Below are positions 10,602 through 22,387 of a stretch of 64,000 bases of DNA, one piece after another. The notes beneath the pieces were generated by a model. It made no database searches. It saw nothing but the letters and a program-made list of their open reading frames with translations, and had not been told where the DNA came from. Both the position numbers and the translations under genes were made by a program. Source of the DNA: Aggregatilineales bacterium (GTDB lineage: Bacteria > Chloroflexota > Anaerolineae > Aggregatilineales > Phototrophicaceae). Each line of letters opens with the position of its first letter. Position 1 is the stretch's first letter. The DNA lies in NCBI GenBank assembly GCA_963667305.2, contig CAXXWG010000008.1:165913-229912 (forward strand). The letters run 5' to 3'.

Positions 10602-11528
10602 ATGGCGTTTGTCAGGGCATACGCACCAGGCACCATCGCCAACCTTGGCGCCGGCTTCGACATCCTGGGAATGGCTGTGAAGGGCGCAGGTGACGTCGTC
10701 GACGTGGCGCTGCGCCCCGAACCTGGCGTAAGCCTGCTTTCCGTCAGCGGCGATGACGGGCGCCTGCCGCGCGAGACGGAACGCAACACGGCCACCGTTG
10801 CTGCCGCGGCTGTGCTGCGCCTGGCGGGTGTGGATATGGGGCTGGACATGCACCTGCACAAGGGGCTTCCGCTAAACAGCGGTCTGGGCAGCAGCGCCGC
10901 CAGCGCCGTGGCGGCGGCCCTTGCGACCAACGCCTGCCTGGGGGAAGCGCTGCCGCGCGAGGAATTGCTGCCTGCCTGTCTGGAAGCGGAGGCCATCGTC
11001 AGCGGATGGCACGCGGACAACATTGCCCCGTCCCTGCTGGGCGGCATCCGCTTGATCGCCGGCACGGAAGCGGGTCAGATTCACAGTTTGCCGGCGCCGG
11101 ACAATCTGCACCTTGCACTGGTCACGCCCGGGGTCGACGTCCCGACAAGGCTCGCGCGCGAAGTGCTGCCGACCCACGTCACGCTGGCGCAAATGGTGGC
11201 CCAAACGTCGGCAGCCGCGCGCCTGGTTGCGGCGCTGTTTACCGCGGACCTGACCGTGCTGGCGCAGGCGATGGAGGCGGATGGCGTGGTGGAACCCGCC
11301 CGTTCGGGCCTGATGCCCATGTTGCCGGAAGCCCGTCTGGCCGCGCGCGCTGCCGGCGGTCTGGGGCTCTTCGTCAGTGGCGCCGGGCCGACGCTCTGCG
11401 CAGTCTGCGACACGGCGGACCGGGCAAGAGGAGTCGAGATGGCGCTGCGGGCCGTTTATCAGGAGGCGGACATCCCCTGTGAAACCCGTGTTACACAGGT
11501 AGACCCGGCGGGCGCGCGTCTGCTGTAA
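10602..11528 (+). CDS. thrB: homoserine kinase
   Basis: GHMP-kinase motif GLPLNSGLGSSAASAVAAALA. N-terminus MAFVRAYAPGTIANLGAGFDILG from ATG 10602. Divergent from thrC. Confidence 0.9.
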   Translation: MAFVRAYAPGTIANLGAGFDILGMAVKGAGDVVDVALRPEPGVSLLSVSGDDGRLPRETERNTATVAAAAVLRLAGVDMGLDMHLHKGLPLNSGLGSSAASAVAAALATNACLGEALPREELLPACLEAEAIVSGWHADNIAPSLLGGIRLIAGTEAGQIHSLPAPDNLHLALVTPGVDVPTRLAREVLPTHVTLAQMVAQTSAAARLVAALFTADLTVLAQAMEADGVVEPARSGLMPMLPEARLAARAAGGLGLFVSGAGPTLCAVCDTADRARGVEMALRAVYQEADIPCETRVTQVDPAGARLL

Positions 11529-11534
11529 TCCACA

Positions 11535-11563
11535 TTGTGAAATTCGTAGCAACAGGCTATACT
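11535..11563 (+). promoter_or_regulatory. candidate sigma-70-type promoter
   Basis: TTGTGA (11535-11540), a 17-nt spacer, then TATACT (11558-11563). Lies 40 nt upstream of the aldehyde dehydrogenase ATG. Confidence 0.4.
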
Positions 11564-11603
11564 GCGGCTGGTTAACGCAGGTAGATACCGGTTACCGGCG
11601 CAC

Positions 11604-13115
11604 ATGATCGCTCAGGTCCAGAATTTCATTAACGGGGAGTGGCGCAGGGCCTGCGATGGCAGGACCTTTGCCAGCGTTAACCCGGCAAACGAATGCCTGG
11701 TTGCCCGGGTTGCTGCGGGCACGGCCGCCGACGTCGATGCCGCAGCGGCGGCAGCCAGGGCCGCTTTCCCGGCGTGGCGCAGGACGCCTGCGCCGGCGCG
11801 CGGCGAGATTCTGTTTCGCGCTGCCCAACTGCTGTCAGAGCGCAAGGAAGAATTGTCCCGTCTGCTCACGCGGGAGATGGGCAAGGTCATCAGTGAAGCG
11901 CGCGGCGACGTGCAGGAAGCCATCGACATGGCCTGGTACATGGGCGGCGAGGGTCGCCGTCTCTTTGGTCACACGGCGCCGGTTGAGATGCCGGACAAAT
12001 TCGGCATGGCGCTGCGCGAAGCGGTGGGCGTGGTCGGGTTGATAACTCCCTGGAACTTCCCGGTGGCCGTTCCCTCGTGGAAGCTGTTCCCGGCCCTGGT
12101 GGCAGGCAACACGGTCGTTCTCAAGCCGGCCGAGGACGCGCCGGCGACGGCGGCCCTGTTTGTACAGATCTGCGCGGAGGCGGGTCTCCCGCCGGGCGTG
12201 CTCAATCTGGTATGCGGCGCGGGCGAGGCCGGCGCGGCACTGGTGGCGCATCCGGACGTGCGGGTCATTTCCTTCACGGGGTCGACGGAAACGGGCCTGC
12301 AGGTCTACGAGCGGGCCGCGCGCCTGGGCAAAAAGGTATCGCTGGAGATGGGCGGCAAGAACGCCATCATTGTGCTTGAGGATGCCGATCTGGACCTGGC
12401 GGCGCAGGCCATCACCTGGAGCGCCTTCGGCACGACCGGGCAACGCTGCACGGCAGCCAGCCGTCTGATCGTTCAGCGCGGCGTTCACAAACAACTGGCG
12501 GAAGCGCTGGTGGAGAAGGCGCGCGCGCTGGAACTGGGCGACGGCCTGGACGAGAATGTTGACGTGGGCCCATTGGTGAACGAGGCGGCCTTGTGCAAGG
12601 TCGAACGCTACATGGGCATCGCGCGGCAAGAGGGCGCAGGGATGTTAATCGGCGGCGCGCGGGCGGACCTGGGGCAGGGCTGGTTCTTTGAGCCGACGCT
12701 GCTGGACGGCGTTACCCGCGACATGCGTGTGGCCCGTGAAGAAATTTTCGGCCCCGTACTGGCGCTGATGACGGTGGACAGTATGAGCGAGGCAATCGAA
12801 CTCAACAACGAGGTGCGTTACGGTCTGTCCAGCAGCATTTTCACGCGCGACGTGAACCTGGCCTTCAACGCCATGCGGGACCTGGCGAGCGGGATCGTAT
12901 ACATCAATCACGGCACCAGCGGCGCCGAAATCCAGTTTCCCTTCGGCGGGATTCGTGAGACGGGCAACGGCATGCGCGAGGCCGGCCAGGCAGGACTGGA
13001 CAGCTTCACTGAATGGAAGACGGTCTACGTGGACTACAGCGGTCGCTTGCAACGGGCGCAGATTGACACCGAAGCCATGCTGGAGCATGCGGGCGACGAG
13101 GATAGCGATTCGTGA
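11604..13115 (+). CDS. NAD(P)+-dependent aldehyde dehydrogenase
   Basis: 503 aa. ALDH glutamate motif LEMGGKN and catalytic cysteine motif [13 protein letters not shown]. Substrate unknown. Confidence 0.9.
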   Translation: MIAQVQNFINGEWRRACDGRTFASVNPANECLVARVAAGTAADVDAAAAAARAAFPAWRRTPAPARGEILFRAAQLLSERKEELSRLLTREMGKVISEARGDVQEAIDMAWYMGGEGRRLFGHTAPVEMPDKFGMALREAVGVVGLITPWNFPVAVPSWKLFPALVAGNTVVLKPAEDAPATAALFVQICAEAGLPPGVLNLVCGAGEAGAALVAHPDVRVISFTGSTETGLQVYERAARLGKKVSLEMGGKNAIIVLEDADLDLAAQAITWSAFGTTGQRCTAASRLIVQRGVHKQLAEALVEKARALELGDGLDENVDVGPLVNEAALCKVERYMGIARQEGAGMLIGGARADLGQGWFFEPTLLDGVTRDMRVAREEIFGPVLALMTVDSMSEAIELNNEVRYGLSSSIFTRDVNLAFNAMRDLASGIVYINHGTSGAEIQFPFGGIRETGNGMREAGQAGLDSFTEWKTVYVDYSGRLQRAQIDTEAMLEHAGDEDSDS

Positions 13116-13138
13116 TGCCCGGAGGATTGCGGTAGATT

Positions 13139-13351
13139 ATGCTGGACTGGGAGTCCAGCCACGCGTTGGCGCGGGCATTGATGTTGGTGCATCCCGACGC
13201 GGACCTGGATTCGCTGGGTCTTGAACAGTTGAACGCGTGGATCCTTGATCTGCCGGACTTCGCGGACGACCCGCACCTGGTCAATGACGGGATTCTGACT
13301 GACGTACTGCGCGACTGGTATGAGGAGGTCACGCTGGATGGCGCAAACTGA
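13139..13351 (+). CDS. iscX: IscX (YfhJ)-like Fe-S assembly accessory protein
   Basis: 70 aa. Aligns by eye with E. coli IscX: W-S...AL...HPDxD...WIxDLxDFxDDPxxxNxxIL...W. GGAGGA RBS lies upstream. The 3' end overlaps the nuoB start by 14 nt. Confidence 0.65.
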   Translation: MLDWESSHALARALMLVHPDADLDSLGLEQLNAWILDLPDFADDPHLVNDGILTDVLRDWYEEVTLDGAN

Positions 13352-14164
13352 CCTGCGGGCATTGCAGGATACGGAATTTCCGGTGCCGGAAGAGTTACAG
13401 GCCAACATCGCAATCACCAGTCTGGACAAGATCTACAACTGGAGCCGGCGCTCGTCCATGTGGCCCTTGCTGTTCGGGCTGGCCTGCTGCGCGATCGAAA
13501 TGATTGGCACGGCCGCATCCCGTTTCGACTTCTCGCGCTTCGGCTTCGAGGTGATGCGAGGCAGCCCTAGGCAATCGGACCTGATGATCGTCTCCGGCAC
13601 GGTGACCAAGAAGATGATCGTGCCCATCGTCCGGCTTTATAACCAGATGCCGGAGCCCAAGTACGTGCTGGCCATGGGCGCCTGCGCCAGCGGCGGCGGC
13701 CCCTTCAAGGAGGGCTACAACGTCGTCTCCGGCGTGGACAAGTATTTGCCGGTTGACGTTTATGTGCCGGGTTGCCCGCCCACGCCGCAGGCCCTGCTAT
13801 TCGGCATGATCACGCTGCAGAAAAAAATCGACGGTCAGTCGCTGGCCAACCTGGACGACGTGCCCTGGTACGGTGTCGGCCCTTCGGAACCCACGCCGGT
13901 GCCGGTGCTGGGACCGGACATCATCGATCCACGGCAGATGGAACTGATTCGCGAGCAGGCGCAACAGGCGGCGCTGGAAGCGCCTTTTGGTGCGCGCGAG
14001 TTGCCGGCATGGGTAAACCCCGCCGAAATGGCGCAGGAAGAAACCGCCGCCACAGAAACACAGGACGGCGCAGATGATGGCATCGACCCCGCCACGGCTG
14101 CGCGTATGCGCAGGCGCGAAGAAGCGTTGGCGCGGCTGGCGGCGCGGCGCGCTGCGAAAGGCGG

Positions 14165-14168
<4 letters not shown>
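13338..14168 (+). CDS. nuoB: NADH-quinone oxidoreductase subunit B (about 100-aa C-terminal extension)
   Basis: N2-cluster ligand motifs [19 protein letters not shown] and VPGCPP. ATG 13338 sits 9 nt after GAGGAGG. The C-terminal tail is Ala/Arg/Glu-rich. Confidence 0.9.
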
Positions 14169-16024
<1,856 letters not shown>

Positions 16025-16054
16025 GCGACAGGCGTAATCGGGCAGGGAGGACGA

Positions 16055-16720
16055 ATGTACGGACAGGGCATTGCGCGCGGGTTGCTCGTCACGATGAAGC
16101 ACATCGCCCGCTCCTATATGGATGACATTCGCTACGCCGGCCGCAAGTACAGCGGCGAGGGCAACTTCGGCGCTCGCCAGGGCATGCAGGCGACCGGCTC
16201 CTATACGGTGCAGTATCCGGACGAGAAGGTCGCGGTGCCGGAGCGCTTCCGCTTCATTCCCTTCCTGGTCATTGAGGACCACGATCATGCGGAGCGGCCG
16301 GGCCATGACTGGTGCACCAGTTGCGGCATTTGCGCCAAGGTATGTCCGCCGCAATGTATCTGGATTGTGCGCGGCAGAAACCCGCAGACCGGCCGGCCGG
16401 TGCCCGAGCCGGACGCCTTCTACATCGACATCGACATATGTATGAATTGCGGCTATTGCTCCGAATTCTGCCCATTCGACGCCATCAAGATGGACCACGA
16501 CTACGAGTTGGCCAGTTATGACCGGACCAGCGCGCACATTTTTGACAAGCAAAAGCTCTCGAAAGAAATGAGCCACTGGAAACGCATTGCGCCGACCACC
16601 GCACTTGAAGAGATGCAGGCCCGCGGTGGTTGGGAACACAAGGATATTCTCAAGGAAAAGGCCAAGGCAGAACGCGCCGCGGCCCGCGCACGCAAATCCG
16701 CCTTGAAACAGTCGTCCTGA
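16055..16720 (+). CDS. nuoI: NADH-quinone oxidoreductase subunit I (2x[4Fe-4S])
   Basis: Two ferredoxin motifs, CTSCGICAKVCP and CMNCGYCSEFCP. GGGAGG RBS. Basic Ala/Lys/Arg-rich C-terminal tail. Confidence 0.88.
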   Translation: MYGQGIARGLLVTMKHIARSYMDDIRYAGRKYSGEGNFGARQGMQATGSYTVQYPDEKVAVPERFRFIPFLVIEDHDHAERPGHDWCTSCGICAKVCPPQCIWIVRGRNPQTGRPVPEPDAFYIDIDICMNCGYCSEFCPFDAIKMDHDYELASYDRTSAHIFDKQKLSKEMSHWKRIAPTTALEEMQARGGWEHKDILKEKAKAERAAARARKSALKQSS

Positions 16721-16733
16721 AGCGGGCGCACAA

Positions 16734-17786
16734 ATGAGCAATCAAACAGAGGGCCTGCGTCAGGCGCTCGCCACAGTAATCGAGCCGGAACTCCACCGGG
16801 ACATCGTGTCGCTGGATATGGTCAGGGACCTGGAGATCGACGGCCCGGTCGCGCGCTTCACCATTGTCCTGACAACGCCGGCCTGTCCTCTCAAGGACGT
16901 TTTCGTCGAGCGCTGCAACGCCGCCGTCCTGGGCGTGGTGCCGGGCATAGAGCGCCTGGACATTCGCTGGGACGCGCAGGTGCCGACGGACCGGCGCATT
17001 CACGGCCGCCTCGACGTGCCGATGCACAGTATTATCGCAGTGGCCAGCGGCAAGGGCGGTGTGGGCAAGACGACGGTCGCCACCAATGTCGCCGTGGCCC
17101 TCGCGGAAGCCGGCGCTCAGGTCGGTCTGATGGATGCGGACATACTCAACCCCAACGTGCCGGTCATGACCGGGCTGGGATACGGTCGTCCCACGGTGGT
17201 CGAGGGCAAGATGCAGCCGCTGGAAGCCTGGGGCGTCAAGATCATCAGCACCGGTTTCCTGACGCCACCCGACAAGCCCATGATCATGCGCGGCCCCATG
17301 TTGCACAGCGCCATTCGCCAGTTTTTTACCGACGTTAACTGGGGTCGGCTGGACTACATGATTGTGGACCTGCCGCCGGGGACCGGAGACGCGCCGCTGT
17401 CACTGGCGCAGTCCTTCCCGCTGACGGGCGCTGTTGTCGTCACCCAGCCGCAGGACGTGGCGGTGGCGGACGCCCTGCGCAGCGCCGCCATGTTCGAAAC
17501 GCTGGAAGTGCCCTTGCTGGGCGTGGTTGAAAACATGAGTGGCGATTTCTTCGGCAGCGGTGGTGGCGAAAAACTGGCGGGCCAGCTTGACTTGACGTTC
17601 CTGGGACGCGTCCCGCTGGCTGCGGAGCTGCGTGAAAGTGGCGACTATGGCCGACCCCTGGTGCTGACTGCGCCGGACAGCGCTGCCGGTCAGGCCCTTG
17701 TCGCCGTGGCGCAGGCCGTCGCTGCGCGCGCCAGCGTATTGATGTTGCAGGGCAATGACGTCATTCCTGTGGACGTGATCGGCTAG
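16734..17786 (+). CDS. Mrp/NBP35/ApbC-family P-loop ATPase with N-terminal DUF59 domain (lacks the CxxC motif)
   Basis: DUF59 region (TTPACPLKD), deviant Walker A VASGKGGVGKTTVA, and VDLPPGTGD. The usual ENMS..C..C..FG.GGG segment reads ENMSGDFFGSGGG with no cysteines. Confidence 0.88.
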   Translation: MSNQTEGLRQALATVIEPELHRDIVSLDMVRDLEIDGPVARFTIVLTTPACPLKDVFVERCNAAVLGVVPGIERLDIRWDAQVPTDRRIHGRLDVPMHSIIAVASGKGGVGKTTVATNVAVALAEAGAQVGLMDADILNPNVPVMTGLGYGRPTVVEGKMQPLEAWGVKIISTGFLTPPDKPMIMRGPMLHSAIRQFFTDVNWGRLDYMIVDLPPGTGDAPLSLAQSFPLTGAVVVTQPQDVAVADALRSAAMFETLEVPLLGVVENMSGDFFGSGGGEKLAGQLDLTFLGRVPLAAELRESGDYGRPLVLTAPDSAAGQALVAVAQAVAARASVLMLQGNDVIPVDVIG

Positions 17787-17792
17787 GTCGGT

Positions 17793-18074
17793 TCAATCAT
17801 CCATGCCGAGCACGCGGATACCGGATTCGCTGTCACCCACCGGGTTGTAGCGACCGATCAAGAGCCAGAACAGCAAATTCAGAAACAGCGCCAACAGCAG
17901 GGACGCGGTGAATTCGCTGCCCAGCTGGCGATAGCTGGCCCAGTACCATAGCAGGAAACCCAGGCCCGCCATGACAATGGTGGCCAGCCGCCGCCGCCGC
18001 TTTTCCGCGCGCTGAATCAGGAACAACATGACGCCCAGCACCAGGGTCAGCAGCAGGATCACGCCCGCGTTCAT
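17793..18074 (-). CDS. small membrane protein, unknown function
   Basis: 93 aa with three hydrophobic segments and an RRRR loop. AAGGGGAAG RBS lies before the ATG. Directly downstream of the serine hydrolase gene on the same strand. Confidence 0.5.
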   Translation of the reverse strand: MNAGVILLLTLVLGVMLFLIQRAEKRRRRLATIVMAGLGFLLWYWASYRQLGSEFTASLLLALFLNLLFWLLIGRYNPVGDSESGIRVLGMDD

Positions 18075-18138
18075 GGGAGTCTTCCCCTTCGTCTCAGGTC
18101 CAGGATTGTAGCGGCAGGTCGAACGCCTTGCGACGAGG

Positions 18139-19767
18139 TCAACCCCGCCAGGCGTCGATATCGTTCAGATTCACCTGGCCATAGGGCGGCAGGAAGCCGT
18201 CCGGCCCTTCACATTCGGCAGCGCCGGTAGACGGCAGATCATCACGCGGCGCCGACAAGGCCCGTTCCGGGCTGAAGTAATTCCAGGCTGCGCGAGAGAT
18301 TCCCTCAATCAGGGGCCATGCGCGCTCATAACTAAAGAAGTCGCTGTCTTCCCACACAAACACGGCGATGATGTAATTGTGGCCGTTGGGCGGGAAGACG
18401 ATGCCCGCGTCCCCGTGCAGATTCTCCAGCCAGCCGTTCTTGTGGGCGATGCGCGTGCCCTGTGGCAGGCCGCCCTGCAGCAGGCGCAGCAGGTCGTTGC
18501 CGCTCATCAATTCAATCATTTGGCGGCACTCATTGCGTGTGTATTCGCCGTCCGGCCTGGCCGCCAGCAGGCCGGAACCGAGGTATGCGCAGTCGTATAC
18601 CATGCCCAGCAGCGCGCCCAGGTCTTCAGCCGTCGTCTGATTGTAGGGGTCCGGATCCGTGTTGAAGCGGGCATTGGGTGAAGTAGGCGGTGGAACGTTG
18701 GAGCCAAGCAGCTGGCCTTCAACGCCGAGATCAAAGGGGGCCGTGATGAAGGTATTGCGCGCACCGAGATGACGCGCATTCCCGGTGACGCTGAGCAGGC
18801 CACGGAATATGTTTTCTCCGCCGCCAATGATTTGCATGATGAGGTTTGATGAGGCGTTGTTGCTGCACAGGAGCGAATTGGCCATCAGCCAGGCTTCGTC
18901 GTCCGTGGGCGCAAGATTTAGCGTTCGGTAGTAATCCAGCATAATCGGCAACTTGACAGTACTGGCGGCCGACATGGCTACGTCGGCGTTCAGGCCGATT
19001 TCCTGTCCGTTTTGCAGGTCCACGATGTAGACCGATGCAATCGTGGTTTGCCCATCGTAAATGAAGCCCCGGGAATCCAGCCAGGTCCGAATCAGTTCCT
19101 CGAGAATGCCCAGGTGGACCGGTCCTGCCTGCGTATCAACCAGGGGCAGGACCACGTCACGCTGGTCCGCACTGAGCAAGGCTTCCCCGACAAGGGGCAG
19201 GGCGCCGGCAATATCCAGTGTGCGACCGCCTGCACCTGGGGTAATGGTGAGCGTTTCCAGGTCCCAGGCGCCGTCATCCGGCGGCCGGTCGTAACGCAGG
19301 GCGATTTCACGCAACAGCTGTTCCAGCAGGGAATTCTGCCAGGTGGCGCTGAGTTCAATGTTGACGGTGTTTCGCAGTTCCTCGCCGATGAGACCGGAAA
19401 AGAAGCGCATCCAGTTTGCGGTCCCGCCGGAACTGGCTGTGCGCGCCTCGGCCAGCATGGCGGCATTGTTGACGCGGAAGCCAATGCTTGCCGGTTCAAG
19501 CAGGATCGGACTGCCGTCATACCAGAGTGTCAGTTGACGGGAGAAGGTGGATTCCCAGGCGGCCACCGCTTGACCCGGTAGCATGCCCCCGACTTCCACG
19601 CCGGCAATACTTACGCTGGCGCCAAGTCGGTCCTGCTGACGGCTGAAATTGAGCAACTCGATGATGAACAGGGCAATGGCGCCAAGCAACATCAGGATGG
19701 AAAGGATGGGCAGCAGCGGAAGACGGTTGCCACGGCGCCGGCCCGGTACGCTGGAAGCGCTCGCCAT
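18139..19767 (-). CDS. membrane-anchored class-A beta-lactamase-like serine hydrolase
   Basis: 542 aa. N-terminal TM anchor (LLPILSILMLLGAIALFII). SxxK motif SASTVKLP, SxN motif CSNN, and a KTG-like HKNGW. Confidence 0.72.
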   Translation of the reverse strand: MASASSVPGRRRGNRLPLLPILSILMLLGAIALFIIELLNFSRQQDRLGASVSIAGVEVGGMLPGQAVAAWESTFSRQLTLWYDGSPILLEPASIGFRVNNAAMLAEARTASSGGTANWMRFFSGLIGEELRNTVNIELSATWQNSLLEQLLREIALRYDRPPDDGAWDLETLTITPGAGGRTLDIAGALPLVGEALLSADQRDVVLPLVDTQAGPVHLGILEELIRTWLDSRGFIYDGQTTIASVYIVDLQNGQEIGLNADVAMSAASTVKLPIMLDYYRTLNLAPTDDEAWLMANSLLCSNNASSNLIMQIIGGGENIFRGLLSVTGNARHLGARNTFITAPFDLGVEGQLLGSNVPPPTSPNARFNTDPDPYNQTTAEDLGALLGMVYDCAYLGSGLLAARPDGEYTRNECRQMIELMSGNDLLRLLQGGLPQGTRIAHKNGWLENLHGDAGIVFPPNGHNYIIAVFVWEDSDFFSYERAWPLIEGISRAAWNYFSPERALSAPRDDLPSTGAAECEGPDGFLPPYGQVNLNDIDAWRG

Positions 19768-19889
19768 GCAAGTCCCTGTCCAGGTGGCCGGCGGCGAGTC
19801 TAACGATGCATTGGCCGCCCGTCAACGTCGCAGCAACTGCCGCAGCGAAGGTCACTGACTTGCCGCCAGGCGACCGTTATACTGTGCGG

Positions 19890-21452
19890 ATGCAAGCCCG
19901 CCCTGCCACCGAAGCTCGTCGGCGCCAAAGCATCGGCAAGCTGTTCAGGTGGGCACTGACCCTGCTTCTGCTCGGGTTCATCGTGCTCACCTTGCTATTG
20001 ATCGTCGTCGAATTGCGTCGCTGGGTGGAAGAACGGGCCTGGTTTGAGGGCCAGGCCGAACAATTCGCTACGATTGCGACGGAAATTGCGTTGACGCGCC
20101 AGGCCGTTTCGCCCTCAAGCCACTTGCTGGCGGCGAGAGCACCCTTGTCGTCTCCCTTGCAGGCGCCTGCCGCGCCAACATTCGTTCCCCAGGCGCCGCC
20201 CCTGCCCACGCTGCGCTATGTCGGGGATCCGGCGCCGGACCACGTCGACGTGACGGCCGTTCCGCGCCGGGTCAAGCCCCTCGATCGGCAGGGCCAGGAC
20301 CTGGTCAACATTCTGCTGCTTGGCAGCGACTCCGAACTGGGCGATGCCAACCAGCGCACGGACACCATCATCGTACTTTCGGTCAACCGCACGACCGGGA
20401 CGGCGTCCATGTTGAGCCTGCCCCGGGATCTGCTGGTCTGGGTGCCTGCGTGGCGGATGGGCCGGCTAAATCGCGTATACGGCCATGGCGAACTGGGTGG
20501 CTGGCGCCTGGGGGGCTTTGACCTGTTGCGGCAGACTCTTCTCTACAATTTTGGCATGAACGTCCACTACCACGCGCTGGTGGACTACGGAGGCTTGCAG
20601 CAAACTGTCGATTTTGTGGACGGGGTTGAGATTGTCGTGGAATGCGCCATCAGAGACAAGGAGCACGACGACACCCGCGTCCCGGATGAAGCGCGCAAGG
20701 TCGACGGCGATTTCTGGCTGCTGGACCCGGGCGTGTATGAATTCGACGGGCTGGAGGCCCTGTGGTATGCGCGTTCGCGACGCGGCGCCACGGACCTGGA
20801 ACGCAGCCGGCGGCAACAGCAGATTCTGCGCGGTGTGTGGAGCCGGCTGCGCGAAAGCGGGCAACTCGCGAATCCGGGCGAACTGTTTCAACTGTGGCAG
20901 CTGGCGCAAACGCTGGTGCGTACGGACCTGGGCATTGACGTGCTGGCCAGTCTGCTGCCCGTGGGCCTGGGCCTGGGGCCGGATGACGTGCACTATTACT
21001 CACTGCAACTGAACAGGCACACCATGCCCTGGAGAGCGCCGTCAGGGGCGGACGTCTTGTTGCCCGTATATGAGGGTCTCTTTCCCGTTCTGAAAGAATT
21101 TTACTCGCCGTCAAGGGACAAGCGCTTGCGCCTGGAAGGGCCGTCCATACGCGTGTTGAACGGCAGTTCCCGCCCAGGAAGCGACCGGATTGGGGCCAGT
21201 CAGTTGGTACGTGAGGGCCTGAATGCCAGTCCGGCTGGCCTCTCCCAGGATGGAATACATCCGGAGTCCATTCTGATCGATTACAGCGGGGCGACCAAGG
21301 GCAGCCTGAATCAGCGCATCGCCGGACTAATCGGAATCGGGGAAGGGCGACTTCACGTCCGGCCCAGCGCCCTGCGAGAAGTTGACTATGAAGTCATCAT
21401 TGGTGAGGACTATCAACCCTGCAAGCAACCCAATGTGAGAAAGGTACCGTAG
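19890..21452 (+). CDS. LytR-CpsA-Psr (LCP) family cell-envelope transferase
   Basis: N-terminal TM segment. LCP core ILLLGSDSELGDANQRTDTIIVLSVNRTTGTASMLSLPRDL. C-terminal LytR_C-like segment IRVLNGSSRPG. Start taken at ATG 19890. Confidence 0.85.
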   Translation: MQARPATEARRRQSIGKLFRWALTLLLLGFIVLTLLLIVVELRRWVEERAWFEGQAEQFATIATEIALTRQAVSPSSHLLAARAPLSSPLQAPAAPTFVPQAPPLPTLRYVGDPAPDHVDVTAVPRRVKPLDRQGQDLVNILLLGSDSELGDANQRTDTIIVLSVNRTTGTASMLSLPRDLLVWVPAWRMGRLNRVYGHGELGGWRLGGFDLLRQTLLYNFGMNVHYHALVDYGGLQQTVDFVDGVEIVVECAIRDKEHDDTRVPDEARKVDGDFWLLDPGVYEFDGLEALWYARSRRGATDLERSRRQQQILRGVWSRLRESGQLANPGELFQLWQLAQTLVRTDLGIDVLASLLPVGLGLGPDDVHYYSLQLNRHTMPWRAPSGADVLLPVYEGLFPVLKEFYSPSRDKRLRLEGPSIRVLNGSSRPGSDRIGASQLVREGLNASPAGLSQDGIHPESILIDYSGATKGSLNQRIAGLIGIGEGRLHVRPSALREVDYEVIIGEDYQPCKQPNVRKVP

Positions 21453-21469
21453 CGGAAACCCGGCGTTGC

Positions 21470-22387
21470 TCAGTCGATCGTCGTGGGGTCGAAGGCGTCG
21501 CGCAGGCCGTCGCCGAGCACGTAGAGACAAAGCACGGTGATAAAAATCAGGAATCCCGGCCAGAAGACAAGATGCGGCCCGTGTGAGAAGAAACTGCGTG
21601 AAAAGGTCAGCATGTTGCCCCAGGTCGCCTGGGGTGGCTGTACGCCCACACCCAGGAAACTCAGCGCAGCCTCGACCAGGATGATGATTCCGATATCGAT
21701 CGCCAGATTAATCAGAATGATTGACAGTTGGTTGGGCAAAATATGACTGTACATGATACGCAGGCGTGAGGAGCCAATTGCCCGCGCGCTGATGACGAAT
21801 TCACGTTCGCGCAGGGCAAAGGTCTCACCGCGCACCAGGCGCGCAGTACCGGTCCAGCCGAAAAAGCCGAGGGCAAGAATCAGGGTGGTGGCGTTGGGTG
21901 AGAGAAATGCGGCGATGATCAGGATGATGAAGAAGAGCGGAACAGAATTCAGTGTGGTGATAAACCAGATTACAGTGTCGTCGAGTCGTCCCCCGATGAA
22001 TCCGGCGATGAGACCAATCGTGACCCCGATGACCAGCGACAGCAGCGCAGCCAGAAAGCCGATAGACAGCGACACCTGGCCTGCCTCCAGCAGTCGCGCC
22101 AGATGGTCCCGTCCGAGGTCATCCGTGCCGAGAATATGACCGGGCGAAAAGGGCGGCAAAAAAGAATCGGCGGCGATACTGCGGCTGTTGGTATTGGTCA
22201 GGGCGTTGATGATCGGAGCGCCGAAGGAAAGCAGCGCAAGAAAGAGCAATACGCCGATGGCAGCCATCGAAAGTCGATCGCGCAGGAAGCGGCGCAGGGC
22301 AAGTTGCATGAGCGAGGGGCTAACTTGCGCCTCATGGGCTTCACCTGCGGGATCGCGGAGATTGACGGGTGGGGACGACACGGTCAA
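21470..22387 (-). CDS. peptide/nickel-type ABC transporter permease (DppC/OppC-like)
   Basis: 305 aa. OppC-type N-terminus with GHILGTDDLGRD, six TM segments, and the EAA-loop region ARAIGSSRLRIMYSHILPN. 4-nt overlap with the upstream permease gene. Confidence 0.88.
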   Translation of the reverse strand: MTVSSPPVNLRDPAGEAHEAQVSPSLMQLALRRFLRDRLSMAAIGVLLFLALLSFGAPIINALTNTNSRSIAADSFLPPFSPGHILGTDDLGRDHLARLLEAGQVSLSIGFLAALLSLVIGVTIGLIAGFIGGRLDDTVIWFITTLNSVPLFFIILIIAAFLSPNATTLILALGFFGWTGTARLVRGETFALREREFVISARAIGSSRLRIMYSHILPNQLSIILINLAIDIGIIILVEAALSFLGVGVQPPQATWGNMLTFSRSFFSHGPHLVFWPGFLIFITVLCLYVLGDGLRDAFDPTTID

